DNA from: Candidatus Woesearchaeota archaeon | GTDB lineage: Archaea > Nanobdellota > Nanobdellia > Woesearchaeales > UBA10216 | Length of the DNA stretch: 64,000 nucleotides | NCBI GenBank assembly: GCA_016180065.1 | Contig: JACPBY010000006.1 | Coordinates: 3,233 to 67,232 of the forward strand | Direction of reading: 5' to 3' | In this document: positions 27,142 through 36,282 of the stretch, one piece after another | Numbering within the stretch: position 1 is the stretch's first letter | Layout of the letters: each line of letters starts with the position of its first letter | Translations under genes and position numbers: made by a program | Notes under the pieces: model-generated | Seen by the model: the letters and a program-made list of their open reading frames with translations, nothing else | The model's database searches: none | Told to the model about the DNA's origin: nothing

Positions 27142-29274
27142 TCATCTCACAACTGCGTCGTCTTCGGCATCAACAGAAATAATTTCCCTGGCCGTCCTCA
27201 GAGGCTTGCCGCCGTAAACAACAGCCTCATCCTTCACCTTTAGGCCAAGCTTGTAAAATTCCTCAATGTTGAGCTGCTTTTCGCCGGCAGCTTCAGCGGC
27301 ATCAGAGCCTTCTGGGAACACGGCATCGCCAGGCTCGGACTGCTGGGGAGAAACCACAACAACGCGCTTGCCGTCATCAGCAGCAAGAAGCATCCCATGG
27401 CTTTCAAAGCCGCGAAGCCTTGCATGCTTCAGGTTTGAAACAACAACAATCTTCTTGCCCAGCAGCTCATCTTTCTTATAATACGGCCTCAGGCCAGCAA
27501 CCAGCTGAATCTGCTTGTCATTGCCAACATCAACTTTCAGGACAAAAAGCTTGTCAGCGTCAGGGTGCTCTGTTATTTCTTCCACTTTTCCAACCTTTAA
27601 GGAAGCCGGGAAAGCAGTTGCAAGCCTGATTGTTTCTTCAATAGGAGCAAAGATAATTCGCGGCTGCTGAATCTTCCTGCCGGTAACGTGCCTGCCAATC
27701 TCTCCAAAACCAAGCCCGCCAGGGCACTCAAGCCCAAACAGGCGCAGCACTTTTTCAGAATATTTCGGCAGGATTGGCAGGGAAAGGAGCGCCATGTCCT
27801 TGGCAATATTGGCAGCTGCTGTGACAATCCGATGGCATCGCTTCCTGTCTGTTTTTACGAGCTGCCAGGGCTGGTTGTCCTGGAAATACCGGTTGCCAAT
27901 GCTGCTTATTTCCAAAATCCCTTTAACAGCTTCCTTGAAGTTGTAGCTGCTGTAGTGCTTAAGAACAGCCTCGTATTTTGGCTGCAGCTGCTGCAAGAAC
28001 AGCTTTTCATCAGCCCCAATGTCGCCAAGCCTTGAATCAAAGTTGTTGCTGACAAACACCATGGCGCGGTGGACAAAGTTCGCGATGTTGCTCACCAGGT
28101 CGTTGTTGACTGCAGCCTTGAAATCCTCAAAGTCAAGGTTGATGTCACTTATCGCCTTTACAAGGTGGGAAGCATAGTAAAACCTGAGAAACTCAGGCTC
28201 ATGCCCCGGAACAGCAAGGTAGTCCTTTGCCATAAGGAAATTGCCCCTGGACTTTGACATCTTCTCACCATTGATTGTCAAATGGCCGTGCACGACAAGG
28301 CCTGAAGGAAGATTAATGCCAACGCCCATCAGCATGGCAGGCCAGAAAAGCAAGTGAAAATAGATTATGTCCTTTCCTATAAAATGAATTATCCTTGCAT
28401 CCGGATTGCGCCAATAAGCTGCTGTTGCTGTCTGGCCCAGCTTTTCCCTTGAATACTTTTCTGTTGCAGCTATGTAGCCAATAGGGGCGTCAAGCCAGAC
28501 ATAGTAATACTTGTTAAGCTCGCCAGGAATCTTAAAGCCGAAGTAAGGGCCGTCCCGGGAAATGTCCCAGTCCTGCAATCCCGACTTAATCCAGCCCATC
28601 ACGAAATTTTTAACGTCCTGCTGGATATCCTGATGGGGCTCAAGCCACTGCTGAAGCCGCTGCGAAAAAGAGCTGAGCCTGAAAAAGTAATGAAGGCTCT
28701 GCTTCCTCACTGGAGCAGAGCTGCAGATTGCACAGTGCGGCTCAACAAGGTCCACGGGCTGATAAGTTGAATTGCATTTCTCGCACTGGTCGCCATACTG
28801 GCCGTCTGCACTGCATTTCGGGCATTTGCCCTTCACATAGCGGTCAGGCAAGTAGCGGCTGCAGTTGTTACAGTACGTCAGCTCAACAAGGCGCTCGTAG
28901 ATGAGCTTTTCCTCCTTCAGCTTCTCAAAAAAGAAGTCGCTGTAAAACTTGTTCTCAGGGCTGTTGGTCGAATGGTAAATGTCAAAGTCAACGAAAAAGG
29001 AAGCAAAGTCCTCCATGTGGCCAGCGTAATACTTTGCTATGAGCTGCTCCGGCGCAATCTTCTCCTTGGCTGCTGCCAGTTCTATGGGCGTGCCATGCGT
29101 ATCATCGCCGCAAACGTAAACCACGTTCTTGCCTGAAAGCCTCAGAAACCTGACAAAGATATCAGCCTGGATGTACTCAACCAAATGGCCAAGGTGGATT
29201 GGGCCGTTGGCGTAGGGCAGGCCTGCTGTAACAAGGAATCTTTCTTTTGACTTAGCATCAGCTTCCATTGCCAT
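27142..29274 (-). CDS. metG: methionyl-tRNA synthetase with C-terminal tRNA-binding (Trbp111/EMAP-like) domain
   Basis: Contains PYANGPIHLGHL, KMSKSRGN, four Cys knuckles, and a C-terminal KVGKVEEITEHPDADKLFVLKVDVG. Confidence 0.95.
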   Translation of the reverse strand: MAMEADAKSKERFLVTAGLPYANGPIHLGHLVEYIQADIFVRFLRLSGKNVVYVCGDDTHGTPIELAAAKEKIAPEQLIAKYYAGHMEDFASFFVDFDIYHSTNSPENKFYSDFFFEKLKEEKLIYERLVELTYCNNCSRYLPDRYVKGKCPKCSADGQYGDQCEKCNSTYQPVDLVEPHCAICSSAPVRKQSLHYFFRLSSFSQRLQQWLEPHQDIQQDVKNFVMGWIKSGLQDWDISRDGPYFGFKIPGELNKYYYVWLDAPIGYIAATEKYSREKLGQTATAAYWRNPDARIIHFIGKDIIYFHLLFWPAMLMGVGINLPSGLVVHGHLTINGEKMSKSRGNFLMAKDYLAVPGHEPEFLRFYYASHLVKAISDINLDFEDFKAAVNNDLVSNIANFVHRAMVFVSNNFDSRLGDIGADEKLFLQQLQPKYEAVLKHYSSYNFKEAVKGILEISSIGNRYFQDNQPWQLVKTDRKRCHRIVTAAANIAKDMALLSLPILPKYSEKVLRLFGLECPGGLGFGEIGRHVTGRKIQQPRIIFAPIEETIRLATAFPASLKVGKVEEITEHPDADKLFVLKVDVGNDKQIQLVAGLRPYYKKDELLGKKIVVVSNLKHARLRGFESHGMLLAADDGKRVVVVSPQQSEPGDAVFPEGSDAAEAAGEKQLNIEEFYKLGLKVKDEAVVYGGKPLRTAREIISVDAEDDAVVR

Positions 29275-29333
29275 ACCAGAAAAAGGAACCAGAACGGTTT
29301 AAATAGTTTGCCAAAAAAAAGCAACAATGTTTC

Positions 29334-29750
29334 TTACCCCCTCACGAGCCTGTTTTCGCCATTCTCCACAAGCTCAATTGAGTAACCGCCTCCTAAATGC
29401 CCCCCTCCCACGGTAATGTAATGCCGGCCAGTCTCCGGGTCATGCCACATTCTTGAATCAGCATCACAAGCTGTTGTTGGAATTGGAGCTCTTTGGCGCT
29501 CCTTTTCAAGAAGGGACTGCGCAACTGCAAGCATTTGTGAATAGTCTCTTACGAGATTGGTTAATCCGTTGGTTTCAGCAACTCGCCTAAGCCTAGTTAA
29601 AACATCCATAGCTGGTTCATAAAATGCCGCACCGCCAAATCTTCCCCACATCTCCTTTATATCAGGAACCCACAAAAGAGCCTGCAAACCCGCACGTTCT
29701 TCAATCGCGCCAATCACCCCAGAAGCAACTTGTTCCAAACCATCATCCAT
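29334..29750 (-). CDS. hypothetical protein
   Basis: 138 aa, globular composition, no family recognised. Confidence 0.5.
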   Translation of the reverse strand: MDDGLEQVASGVIGAIEERAGLQALLWVPDIKEMWGRFGGAAFYEPAMDVLTRLRRVAETNGLTNLVRDYSQMLAVAQSLLEKERQRAPIPTTACDADSRMWHDPETGRHYITVGGGHLGGGYSIELVENGENRLVRG

Positions 29751-29816
29751 TAGAAAAGGTAATCAGTTGCCATATATAAATTTTTGCGAGCTTGGCTTCG
29801 CATATCATTTTTCATG

Positions 29817-30254
29817 TCAGGCATCTTCATCAATGCCCTCTTCAGCCGGACCCTTGCCCTTCTTCTCCTTCATCTTCTTCGTAACGTCAATGTTTGCAGA
29901 GCACTTGCCGCACTGGAAGCGCAAGGTCGGGATTCCTTCAATGTTTCTCCTTTTGAACGGAATCTGCGATTCACCGCTGCTGCCGCAGCCAGAGCAAGTG
30001 TAGTCTGCATTTGCAGTCAACGACTCCTCATAGGCTTTTTTCTCAACAGAATTGCCGCATGCCGGGCAGACGTATTCATCTGCGCGGGTCTTGACCTTGC
30101 CCTTGCTGTCCCTCGGCTTGCCCATCATCTCCTTCCTGCACTTGAGGCAGGTCTGCTTGAAAACCCATACCTTAACAGAGCCTTTGCCACCACCAAGGGA
30201 GCGGTTCGAGAAGTAGACAATCTCGTCCATCGACTCAGGCTGCTTGAGAGGCAT
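29817..30254 (-). CDS. multi-zinc-ribbon protein
   Basis: Four CxxC pairs (CLKC, CPAC, CSGC, CGKC) and a K/E-rich tail. Confidence 0.6.
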   Translation of the reverse strand: MPLKQPESMDEIVYFSNRSLGGGKGSVKVWVFKQTCLKCRKEMMGKPRDSKGKVKTRADEYVCPACGNSVEKKAYEESLTANADYTCSGCGSSGESQIPFKRRNIEGIPTLRFQCGKCSANIDVTKKMKEKKGKGPAEEGIDEDA

Positions 30255-30531
30255 GGCAGAAAAGTCTATGAAGCGGTTATTTAAAGTTTTCTTTAGCTGC
30301 TTTGCAGCCGCCCTGCAAGCTCAGAAACAGATTCACAAAAGATTTAAACAGCAAAAACAACCTTGCCATTAGAGGTGATAGCCATGTGCAGCACATGCAG
30401 CAAGCACAAGAAGCCTAAGCAGGCTTCTTATTTTTTTATTACGACGCCTTCATGTCTAAAAAGCAAAATTATTGATTAGCCATCTGAATAAACAATTGTT
30501 AAAAAGAAGAGTTAAAAGGAAGATAGAAAAG

Positions 30532-30658
30532 TAGCCCCGCCCGGATTCGAACCAGGGTTTGCAGGGTTCTCCATGCGGATTTCTTGGTTGAGCTTCTTTG
30601 CAGCGCCAAAGAAGGTCATGCCAGAGCCTGCCGTGCTTGACCGCTACACTACGGGGCT
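30532..30658 (-). tRNA. tRNA-Gln (anticodon CUG) with a 54-nt intron at the canonical 37/38 position
   Basis: Hand-folded. Acceptor AGCCCCG/CGGGGCT, D-arm GTGT/GCAC, anticodon stem GCAGG/CCTGC, loop CTCTGG..C, T-arm CCTGG-TTCGAAT-CCGGG. A bulge-helix-bulge can be drawn (CUCU/GGAG helix, bulges GGC and AAC). Confidence 0.85.
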
Positions 30659-30713
30659 ATAAAAACAGAAGAAAAGGCGGCTGTTTAAAAAAATTACCAA
30701 TTTCCTGCCTTGC

Positions 30714-31463
30714 TTACGGCACGTTTCCTGCAAGGGCGGCCTTGGCGGTGCCGGTATAGACTGCTGCGCTGACAGCTGCCCCGAGAGGAGCTGCCACATC
30801 CGGCATCAGCTCCAGCTTTGGCAGGTAGGGAAGGCCAATTGGGGGGAGGGCAACAAGCCCGGCTGTCAGCGGAATATCAATGGCGGCGAACACCAGCAGG
30901 CCTGCTGGCACAACCTTCGCGGCAACCCCCAGCGTTTCCAAAAGCGTACTGGCAACTACCGATACTAGCCTAGCACTGCCCTTGTGCCTGATGCTGTTAA
31001 TGCCAGACAGCACCAGATACGTCCCGAACAGAACTGCTCCTGTTGTCAGCTCACCACCCATAAAGCCACCGCCGATTGCCTGAGCATAGCCATTCCCGAC
31101 AACGCTGCCTGCAGCCTCAGCCCCTTTAAATGCGCCAAAGATGGCAACAGCCTCGCCAGCAGCCAAAGAATGAGACAGGCGCTTCTTCTTATCAGCAAAG
31201 GGGTCGTGGCCAGAGGCAAAGCCGTTGCGCAAATAAGTAACCACGTCAAGAGGAACAGAAGCAGTATCGTTCACAACCCTGATGGCACCGCCGCCAATGG
31301 CTTTTGCGCTGTTCAGCGGATGCCTTGCAAGCGAATAATATAGGCTGCCGATTTGATGGGCAGTGTGCAAAGCGACCCTGCCACCACTAACCAAAACACG
31401 GCCTGCATTGCCTTGCTGCGAAGCTTCACCAACAATGACCTCAAGCCTATCGGAGCTTGCCAT
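30714..31463 (-). CDS. G/A-rich hypothetical membrane protein
   Basis: 249 aa with Gly/Ala-rich hydrophobic segments in the C-terminal half. Confidence 0.5.
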   Translation of the reverse strand: MASSDRLEVIVGEASQQGNAGRVLVSGGRVALHTAHQIGSLYYSLARHPLNSAKAIGGGAIRVVNDTASVPLDVVTYLRNGFASGHDPFADKKKRLSHSLAAGEAVAIFGAFKGAEAAGSVVGNGYAQAIGGGFMGGELTTGAVLFGTYLVLSGINSIRHKGSARLVSVVASTLLETLGVAAKVVPAGLLVFAAIDIPLTAGLVALPPIGLPYLPKLELMPDVAAPLGAAVSAAVYTGTAKAALAGNVP

Positions 31464-31542
31464 ACCATGAACGGAGTTGAGAAGGGCTTTTAAGCCTTTC
31501 GGAAATTATTTATAAATTATAGAATATATATAAATTTTTTAG

Positions 31543-32730
31543 TCATTTAGCCCTTTTTCCGCCAAACCACAGAGAGAATATGCTGACGCACTTGTGGTCC
31601 TTGGCTTTCTTGAGGAAGCCGCATCTTAGCTTTTGGCAGCTGTTGGTTTCGTAATCAAGGAACTCATCACCGCTGCAGACAACGATGACGTCTTTGCAGA
31701 CATGATTGGCAGCAGTCTGCCCTTTTTGGCAGTTGAGCTTGCTGCAGCTCTGGTTGAAGACATACTCATCTTCCGCGCATTCCAGCTTTTCACAGCCGTG
31801 CCCGGCCACAGATTCATCAAACCCGCAGCTTAGCGGCTGGCAATTCCTGCTGCTGCAAACATAACCTGAGTCGCAGTCCAAATCAGTGCAGCAATCATAG
31901 TCCATGCAGGTGTGGTTGGAAACGTACTGGCATGATGCACAGCTTATGGGAATGCAGGAGCTGTCATCGCACCGCTCATCCTGAAGACACTCACCATCCT
32001 TGCTGCAGGAAGGCCTGCTGGTGCACACGAACGAGTCGTAGAACTTGTACTTTTCTGTTTCACAGTCGTCATACCGAACGCTAAGCTTTGAAATATTAAA
32101 AGGAGCCTGCCACCTCAGCGTGTAGGTGTTCGAGCCAACCCTTCTGACCCTGCTTATGTTAATCTTCTCAAATTCAGGGCTTTTAATGTCCAGGGAATGC
32201 GTCAGCTCCCTTTTCTTGCCGCCAACAGTTGCAGTGGCATCGTATCTCAGCATGAACGGCTTTTCAAACCTGAACTCATTCTTCTTGTCGTAACGATAGC
32301 TGTAAGCGGTGTATTTTGCAATAAATGTGTCGTTGCGCTTGTAGCAGCTGTTGATGGTGAGGTTAATGAGCCTGCAGCTGAACTCAAATGCAGGGCAGGT
32401 AACGCCATAACTTTTCTTGTCAACCGTGATAGTATAAGCGCCACCCTTAACGTCAACCACAGCCATGTCCTCAGAAGTGAATTTGTAGAGGCCGTTGGCC
32501 ATCTCTCTCCACAAGCCCCCGACTGCCTTGGAAGAGCCGCCGCTCTTTTTAATTGAGACAGAGCTGCCCCTGTCATCAAGGTTTGTGATGCTGAATGCGC
32601 CCGTATCCGTGCAGTGAGCCTCCACAACAGGCTTTGCCTGTTGCGCCTGGGCTGCGGCGGAAGCAGAGAGCAGCACTGCCAGTGCCAAAGAAGCGAGCAG
32701 CAGTACCGCAACAGCAGCCTCTTTTTTCAT
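31543..32730 (-). CDS. secreted Cys-rich protein
   Basis: N-terminal signal peptide MKKEAAVAVLLLASLALAVLLSASAAAQA. The C-terminal third holds repeated C..L.C modules (CQPLSC, CEKLEC, CSKLNC, CQKLRC). Confidence 0.7.
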   Translation of the reverse strand: MKKEAAVAVLLLASLALAVLLSASAAAQAQQAKPVVEAHCTDTGAFSITNLDDRGSSVSIKKSGGSSKAVGGLWREMANGLYKFTSEDMAVVDVKGGAYTITVDKKSYGVTCPAFEFSCRLINLTINSCYKRNDTFIAKYTAYSYRYDKKNEFRFEKPFMLRYDATATVGGKKRELTHSLDIKSPEFEKINISRVRRVGSNTYTLRWQAPFNISKLSVRYDDCETEKYKFYDSFVCTSRPSCSKDGECLQDERCDDSSCIPISCASCQYVSNHTCMDYDCCTDLDCDSGYVCSSRNCQPLSCGFDESVAGHGCEKLECAEDEYVFNQSCSKLNCQKGQTAANHVCKDVIVVCSGDEFLDYETNSCQKLRCGFLKKAKDHKCVSIFSLWFGGKRAK

Positions 32731-32752
32731 AAGGAAAACCTGCAGGCCTGGG

Positions 32753-32760
32753 TTTATAAA
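32753..32760 (-). promoter_or_regulatory. TATA box TTTATAAA, 23 nt upstream of the 32730 start
   Basis: Lies in a divergent promoter region. A TTTAAATA box at 32795..32802 lies 23 nt upstream of the + strand ATG at 32825. Confidence 0.4.
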
Positions 32761-32824
32761 AATTTTGGAATTCTCCGAACGCGAAATGAAAAGGTTTAAA
32801 TACGATGCATTTTAAAATGCTGCC

Positions 32825-35596
32825 ATGGGAAAAGAGGCAAGAGGCTTTTCTTTAGCCGGAGCAGCTGCAACAGCTGTCATGTTTTGCCTATCACTCCTGC
32901 TTCTGGCATCAGCCGTTGCTGCCCAGGACGATGGAGAAGAGGAATTCTTGGTTGAGGAGGAACTTGTTCCTGAAGAGAGCGCAGGGGTAACGCCCGACAG
33001 CCCCCTCTACATTCTTGACAAGATTGTTGACAACGTGCAGCTCGCAATGGCAAAGGGGGATGACAAGACAAGGAAGGCTTTGGAAATAAAGGAGGAAAGG
33101 ATAGCAGAAGCTTCGGTAATGGTGGACAAGAAAAAGCCAGGCGCCGCCCAAAGTGCGCTTGAGCTCGCAACAAAGGCTGCAGAGCAGGCGCGGAGAGACA
33201 TCTCGCCTGAACTTGAGAAAGAAACCAACGAAAATGTAAGGCGGGCTGCAAAGCTCCTGAGCGGCCTGGAGGAAAAGCTTTCAGACACGGAATGGGAAGA
33301 AGCCAGGAAAGCGCTTGACGCCCAGCTCAGCGAGGAGGAGAGAGTCAGGGTAGCAATGCTCGTTTCAAAAAGCAGGCTGAGCTACTGCGACTCTTTGGCC
33401 AAACAGGATTTTGACCTCATGAAGGGCGATGAGCTGTGCCAGATAGAAAAAGCCCCCGACTGGCTGAGAGGCAGGGTAGAGGGCGAGTTCAGGGCAAGGG
33501 AAGACAATGCCCGGAAGCAAATAATTGACTCAGTCAGCACATGCGTAATTGACCCGAAAAAATGCGACTGCAGCCAGATACCCGTTGCCAAGCACAGCCA
33601 GGACTGCGAGGTCAAAAAGGCACTGGCAATACGGTGCGAATACGAGAACGACAACGACGCATGCGCGGAGCTTTCTTCTGAAAAAGCAGAGGATTTACTG
33701 CCGGAGTTTATCGGAGAAGAGGGGAAAGGAACTGTTTTGGAAATACTAAAGAAAAAAGAGCAGCAAATGTTTGAAAAGTTCAGGCCGCCGGAATGCGAAG
33801 CAGCTGCAACGTTTGAGGAGTGCTTCCAGGTGATGAAGGACCTTTATGGAACACCGATGCAATGCGAGGGCCTGAGCGATGAAGAGTGCATGGATTTCAT
33901 TAAACGCAACCCTCCAGGAGAGAAGCCCAACTTTCCGCCAGAATGCAATGAAGCCGGCGTGCAGGAGCCACTTAAGTGCGCAGAACTCATGTTCAGCAAG
34001 TACGGAACGCCACCACAATGCGAAGGCCTTGACACGAGGGAATGCATGAAGCTGATGAGGCAAGAGAGGCCCGACGCAATGCAAGGGGCAATGCCTCCGG
34101 AATGCCAGGAAGCAGGGGTAAAAGAGCCGAGGCAGTGCTTTGACATAATGACTGCAAAATATGGCACCCCGCCGGAATGTGAAAGCTTAAGCAGCGATGA
34201 CTGCTTTAAGGAGATGATGAAGCGGGGACCTGGTGAAGGGCAAGGCCAGCAAGGCGGGGGGCAGGAAACTCCGGAGTGCCAGGAAAAAGGCGTAAAAGGC
34301 AAGGACTGCTTCCTGTTAATGACCGAGCTTTACGGGGGACTGCCACAGGAGTGCGAAGGGCTGGGCACTGACGAATGCTTTGAGAAAATTATGAAGGGAG
34401 GCCCCGTAAAAGGAGAGCCCCCAGTAAGCTGTGTCGGATTAAGCCCTGAGGAGTGCAGGGCAAAGATGCAGGAAATGAACGGGCTTCCGCCGGAATGCGC
34501 ACATAATCCAGAGCAGTGCCAGCAAGCGTTTGAAGGCAGGGGAGTGCCCGGAGGAATACCTGCAGAATGCGCAGGCCTGGAGCCAGAGCAGTGCGAGCTT
34601 GTAATGATGCAGAAGTTTGGGCCTCCTGAATGCAGGAACGCCAGCAAAGAAGAATGCGAAGCTATAATGAAGGAGAAATACGGGGAAGGCGGCTTTGGAG
34701 GAGCACCCGGTCCTGGCAGCCCTGGCCCAGGCGGTGAAGGAGTATTCGGAGGCAGAGGAGGGGGATTTGAAAATGAGTGCGAAGGCCTGGCAAGGGAAGA
34801 GTGCGATAAGAAAATGTTTGAAAAGTTTGCTCCCCCCGAATGCAGCGGCATGGCAAAAGAAGAATGCGACAAGGCAATGCGGGAAAGATTTGAAAACAGG
34901 GGCGGACAAGGCGGAATTATGCCGCAGCCGCAAGGGATTCCTGCAGGATGCGAGGGCTTAAGCCCGGAAGAATGCAACCAAAGAGGCATGCCACAGGGGA
35001 TTCCCCCTGAATGCCAAGGGCTCGGCGAAGAAGAGTGCCGGCAGAGATTCTCTGAAAGCATAAGGCAGGGCGAGAGAATGGAAGAGAGAGAAAGGCGCGA
35101 AGCCCCGCCAGGTTTTGAAGAAAGGGGATTTGAGGGCAGGCAAGGGCCTGGGCCTCAAAGAACAGAAAGGCAGCCGCTTCCCGGGGAAGGCAGACTACAA
35201 GAATGTGAAGGACTCTCACCTGCAGACTGCGGCAGGAGAATAGAAGAAACGATGAGAGACAGGTTTGCACAACAGATGCCGCAAGGCTTCCAAGAGAGAC
35301 AAATCCCGCAAGGAGAGCAAATGAGGCAGCAACCGCCAATGGGACAGGCTGAACGCATAGAGCGCATTGGGCAACAGGAAGGTTTCCCAGACAGGCAATA
35401 CCCGCAGCAGCAATCACAGCCTTTTGAACAACGCTCATCAGAGCCGCAGATGGAAAGAGAGCAGCCACAGTCAATGCCGCCTGGCAGCGAAGGCGGGGGC
35501 GGTGGAGAAGAGCGGGGAGGAGAAGGCTCGCCATCCCCTGCTGAAGCAATAACCGGGCAGATAATCAAGGCGCTTAAATGGGTGGGCGGGAAATAG
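32825..35596 (+). CDS. large secreted repeat protein (923 aa)
   Basis: Has a signal peptide. The N-terminal helical region resembles DUF5667 by eye (SPLYILDKIVDNVQLAMA). Then about 20 Cys-pair units follow, and the tail is Q/E/R/G-rich. Confidence 0.8.
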   Translation: MGKEARGFSLAGAAATAVMFCLSLLLLASAVAAQDDGEEEFLVEEELVPEESAGVTPDSPLYILDKIVDNVQLAMAKGDDKTRKALEIKEERIAEASVMVDKKKPGAAQSALELATKAAEQARRDISPELEKETNENVRRAAKLLSGLEEKLSDTEWEEARKALDAQLSEEERVRVAMLVSKSRLSYCDSLAKQDFDLMKGDELCQIEKAPDWLRGRVEGEFRAREDNARKQIIDSVSTCVIDPKKCDCSQIPVAKHSQDCEVKKALAIRCEYENDNDACAELSSEKAEDLLPEFIGEEGKGTVLEILKKKEQQMFEKFRPPECEAAATFEECFQVMKDLYGTPMQCEGLSDEECMDFIKRNPPGEKPNFPPECNEAGVQEPLKCAELMFSKYGTPPQCEGLDTRECMKLMRQERPDAMQGAMPPECQEAGVKEPRQCFDIMTAKYGTPPECESLSSDDCFKEMMKRGPGEGQGQQGGGQETPECQEKGVKGKDCFLLMTELYGGLPQECEGLGTDECFEKIMKGGPVKGEPPVSCVGLSPEECRAKMQEMNGLPPECAHNPEQCQQAFEGRGVPGGIPAECAGLEPEQCELVMMQKFGPPECRNASKEECEAIMKEKYGEGGFGGAPGPGSPGPGGEGVFGGRGGGFENECEGLAREECDKKMFEKFAPPECSGMAKEECDKAMRERFENRGGQGGIMPQPQGIPAGCEGLSPEECNQRGMPQGIPPECQGLGEEECRQRFSESIRQGERMEERERREAPPGFEERGFEGRQGPGPQRTERQPLPGEGRLQECEGLSPADCGRRIEETMRDRFAQQMPQGFQERQIPQGEQMRQQPPMGQAERIERIGQQEGFPDRQYPQQQSQPFEQRSSEPQMEREQPQSMPPGSEGGGGGEERGGEGSPSPAEAITGQIIKALKWVGGK
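33781..35230 (+). repeat. in-frame degenerate tandem repeats encoding (P)PEC-x-GL-x2-(E)EC units
   Basis: Recurring PPECE, PPQCEGL, PQECEGLGTDEC, PAECAGLEPEQC, NECEGLAREEC, PPECSGMAKEEC, AGCEGLSPEEC, PPECQGLGEEEC, LQECEGLSPADC. Confidence 0.7.
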
Positions 35597-35632
35597 AAAT
35601 TAATTAAAAGCATCTGCTTATTCTTTCACGCT

Positions 35633-36274
35633 ATGAAGCTGTTATCAATAGGTGCGGAAGCGACAGTTTACGCCAATGATAAAATCAAGGCTGTAGTAAA
35701 GCAGCGCCAGCCGAAGGGCTACAGGGCGAAAGAGCTTGACGACAGGCTGCGGCTGTCCAGGATGCGAAGAGAAGTAAAAGTTATTGAGGCGCTTCAGCAG
35801 CTTGAAATCCCAGTTCCAAAGCTGATTGGCTCTGATGAGAAGACAGCAGCGATAACGATGCAGCTCATTGAAGGAAGGAAAGCAAGGGATGTTTTAAGCG
35901 GCGACAACTACCGTGGCATCTGCAGCGAAATCGGAAAATCAATTGGCTTAATGCACAAAAACAACATGATTCATGGAGACCTGACCACTTCCAACATGAT
36001 TATTGGAAACAACAAGAGAGTTCACTTCATAGACTTCGGGCTGAGCCTGTTCAGCAACAAGGACGAGGACAAGGCAGTTGACTTGCACCTGTTCAGGCAG
36101 GCCCTGAACAGCAGCCACAGCAGGATTGCTGAAAAATGCTTTGATGCTGCAATAGCGGCTTACAAAAAAGCCAACAGCAGTGGCTGGAAAGCAGTGCTGA
36201 ACAGGCTTGAAAGGGTAAAAGGAAGGGGAAGGAACAAGGGAAAGAACAAGCCTGACCGAGCGGAAAGCAGGTAA
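35633..36274 (+). CDS. bud32: Kae1-associated kinase Bud32 (KEOPS subunit), stand-alone
   Basis: Contains GAEATVY, HGDLTTSNMI, IDFGLS. About 210 aa with an atypical small kinase fold. An A/T box lies 24 nt upstream. Confidence 0.88.
   Translation: MKLLSIGAEATVYANDKIKAVVKQRQPKGYRAKELDDRLRLSRMRREVKVIEALQQLEIPVPKLIGSDEKTAAITMQLIEGRKARDVLSGDNYRGICSEIGKSIGLMHKNNMIHGDLTTSNMIIGNNKRVHFIDFGLSLFSNKDEDKAVDLHLFRQALNSSHSRIAEKCFDAAIAAYKKANSSGWKAVLNRLERVKGRGRNKGKNKPDRAESR
36170..36239. repeat. direct repeat A (inside the bud32 3' end)
   Basis: 69 of 70 nt identical to 37595..37664. Confidence 0.9.
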
Positions 36275-36282
36275 AGATTAAT

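Noticed and set aside
30384-30479. 31-aa ORF (MCSTCSKHKKPKQASYFF..) between the Zn-ribbon gene and tRNA-Gln.
   Set aside because: There is no supporting signal, and it lies in what is probably the tRNA promoter region.
34330-35061. Long minus-strand ORFs (34330..35061, 34917..35549, 35155..35613, 33844..34302) opposite the 923-aa gene.
   Set aside because: These are shadow ORFs created by the GC-rich repetitive coding sequence. Their translations are P/S/G/C low complexity with no start context.
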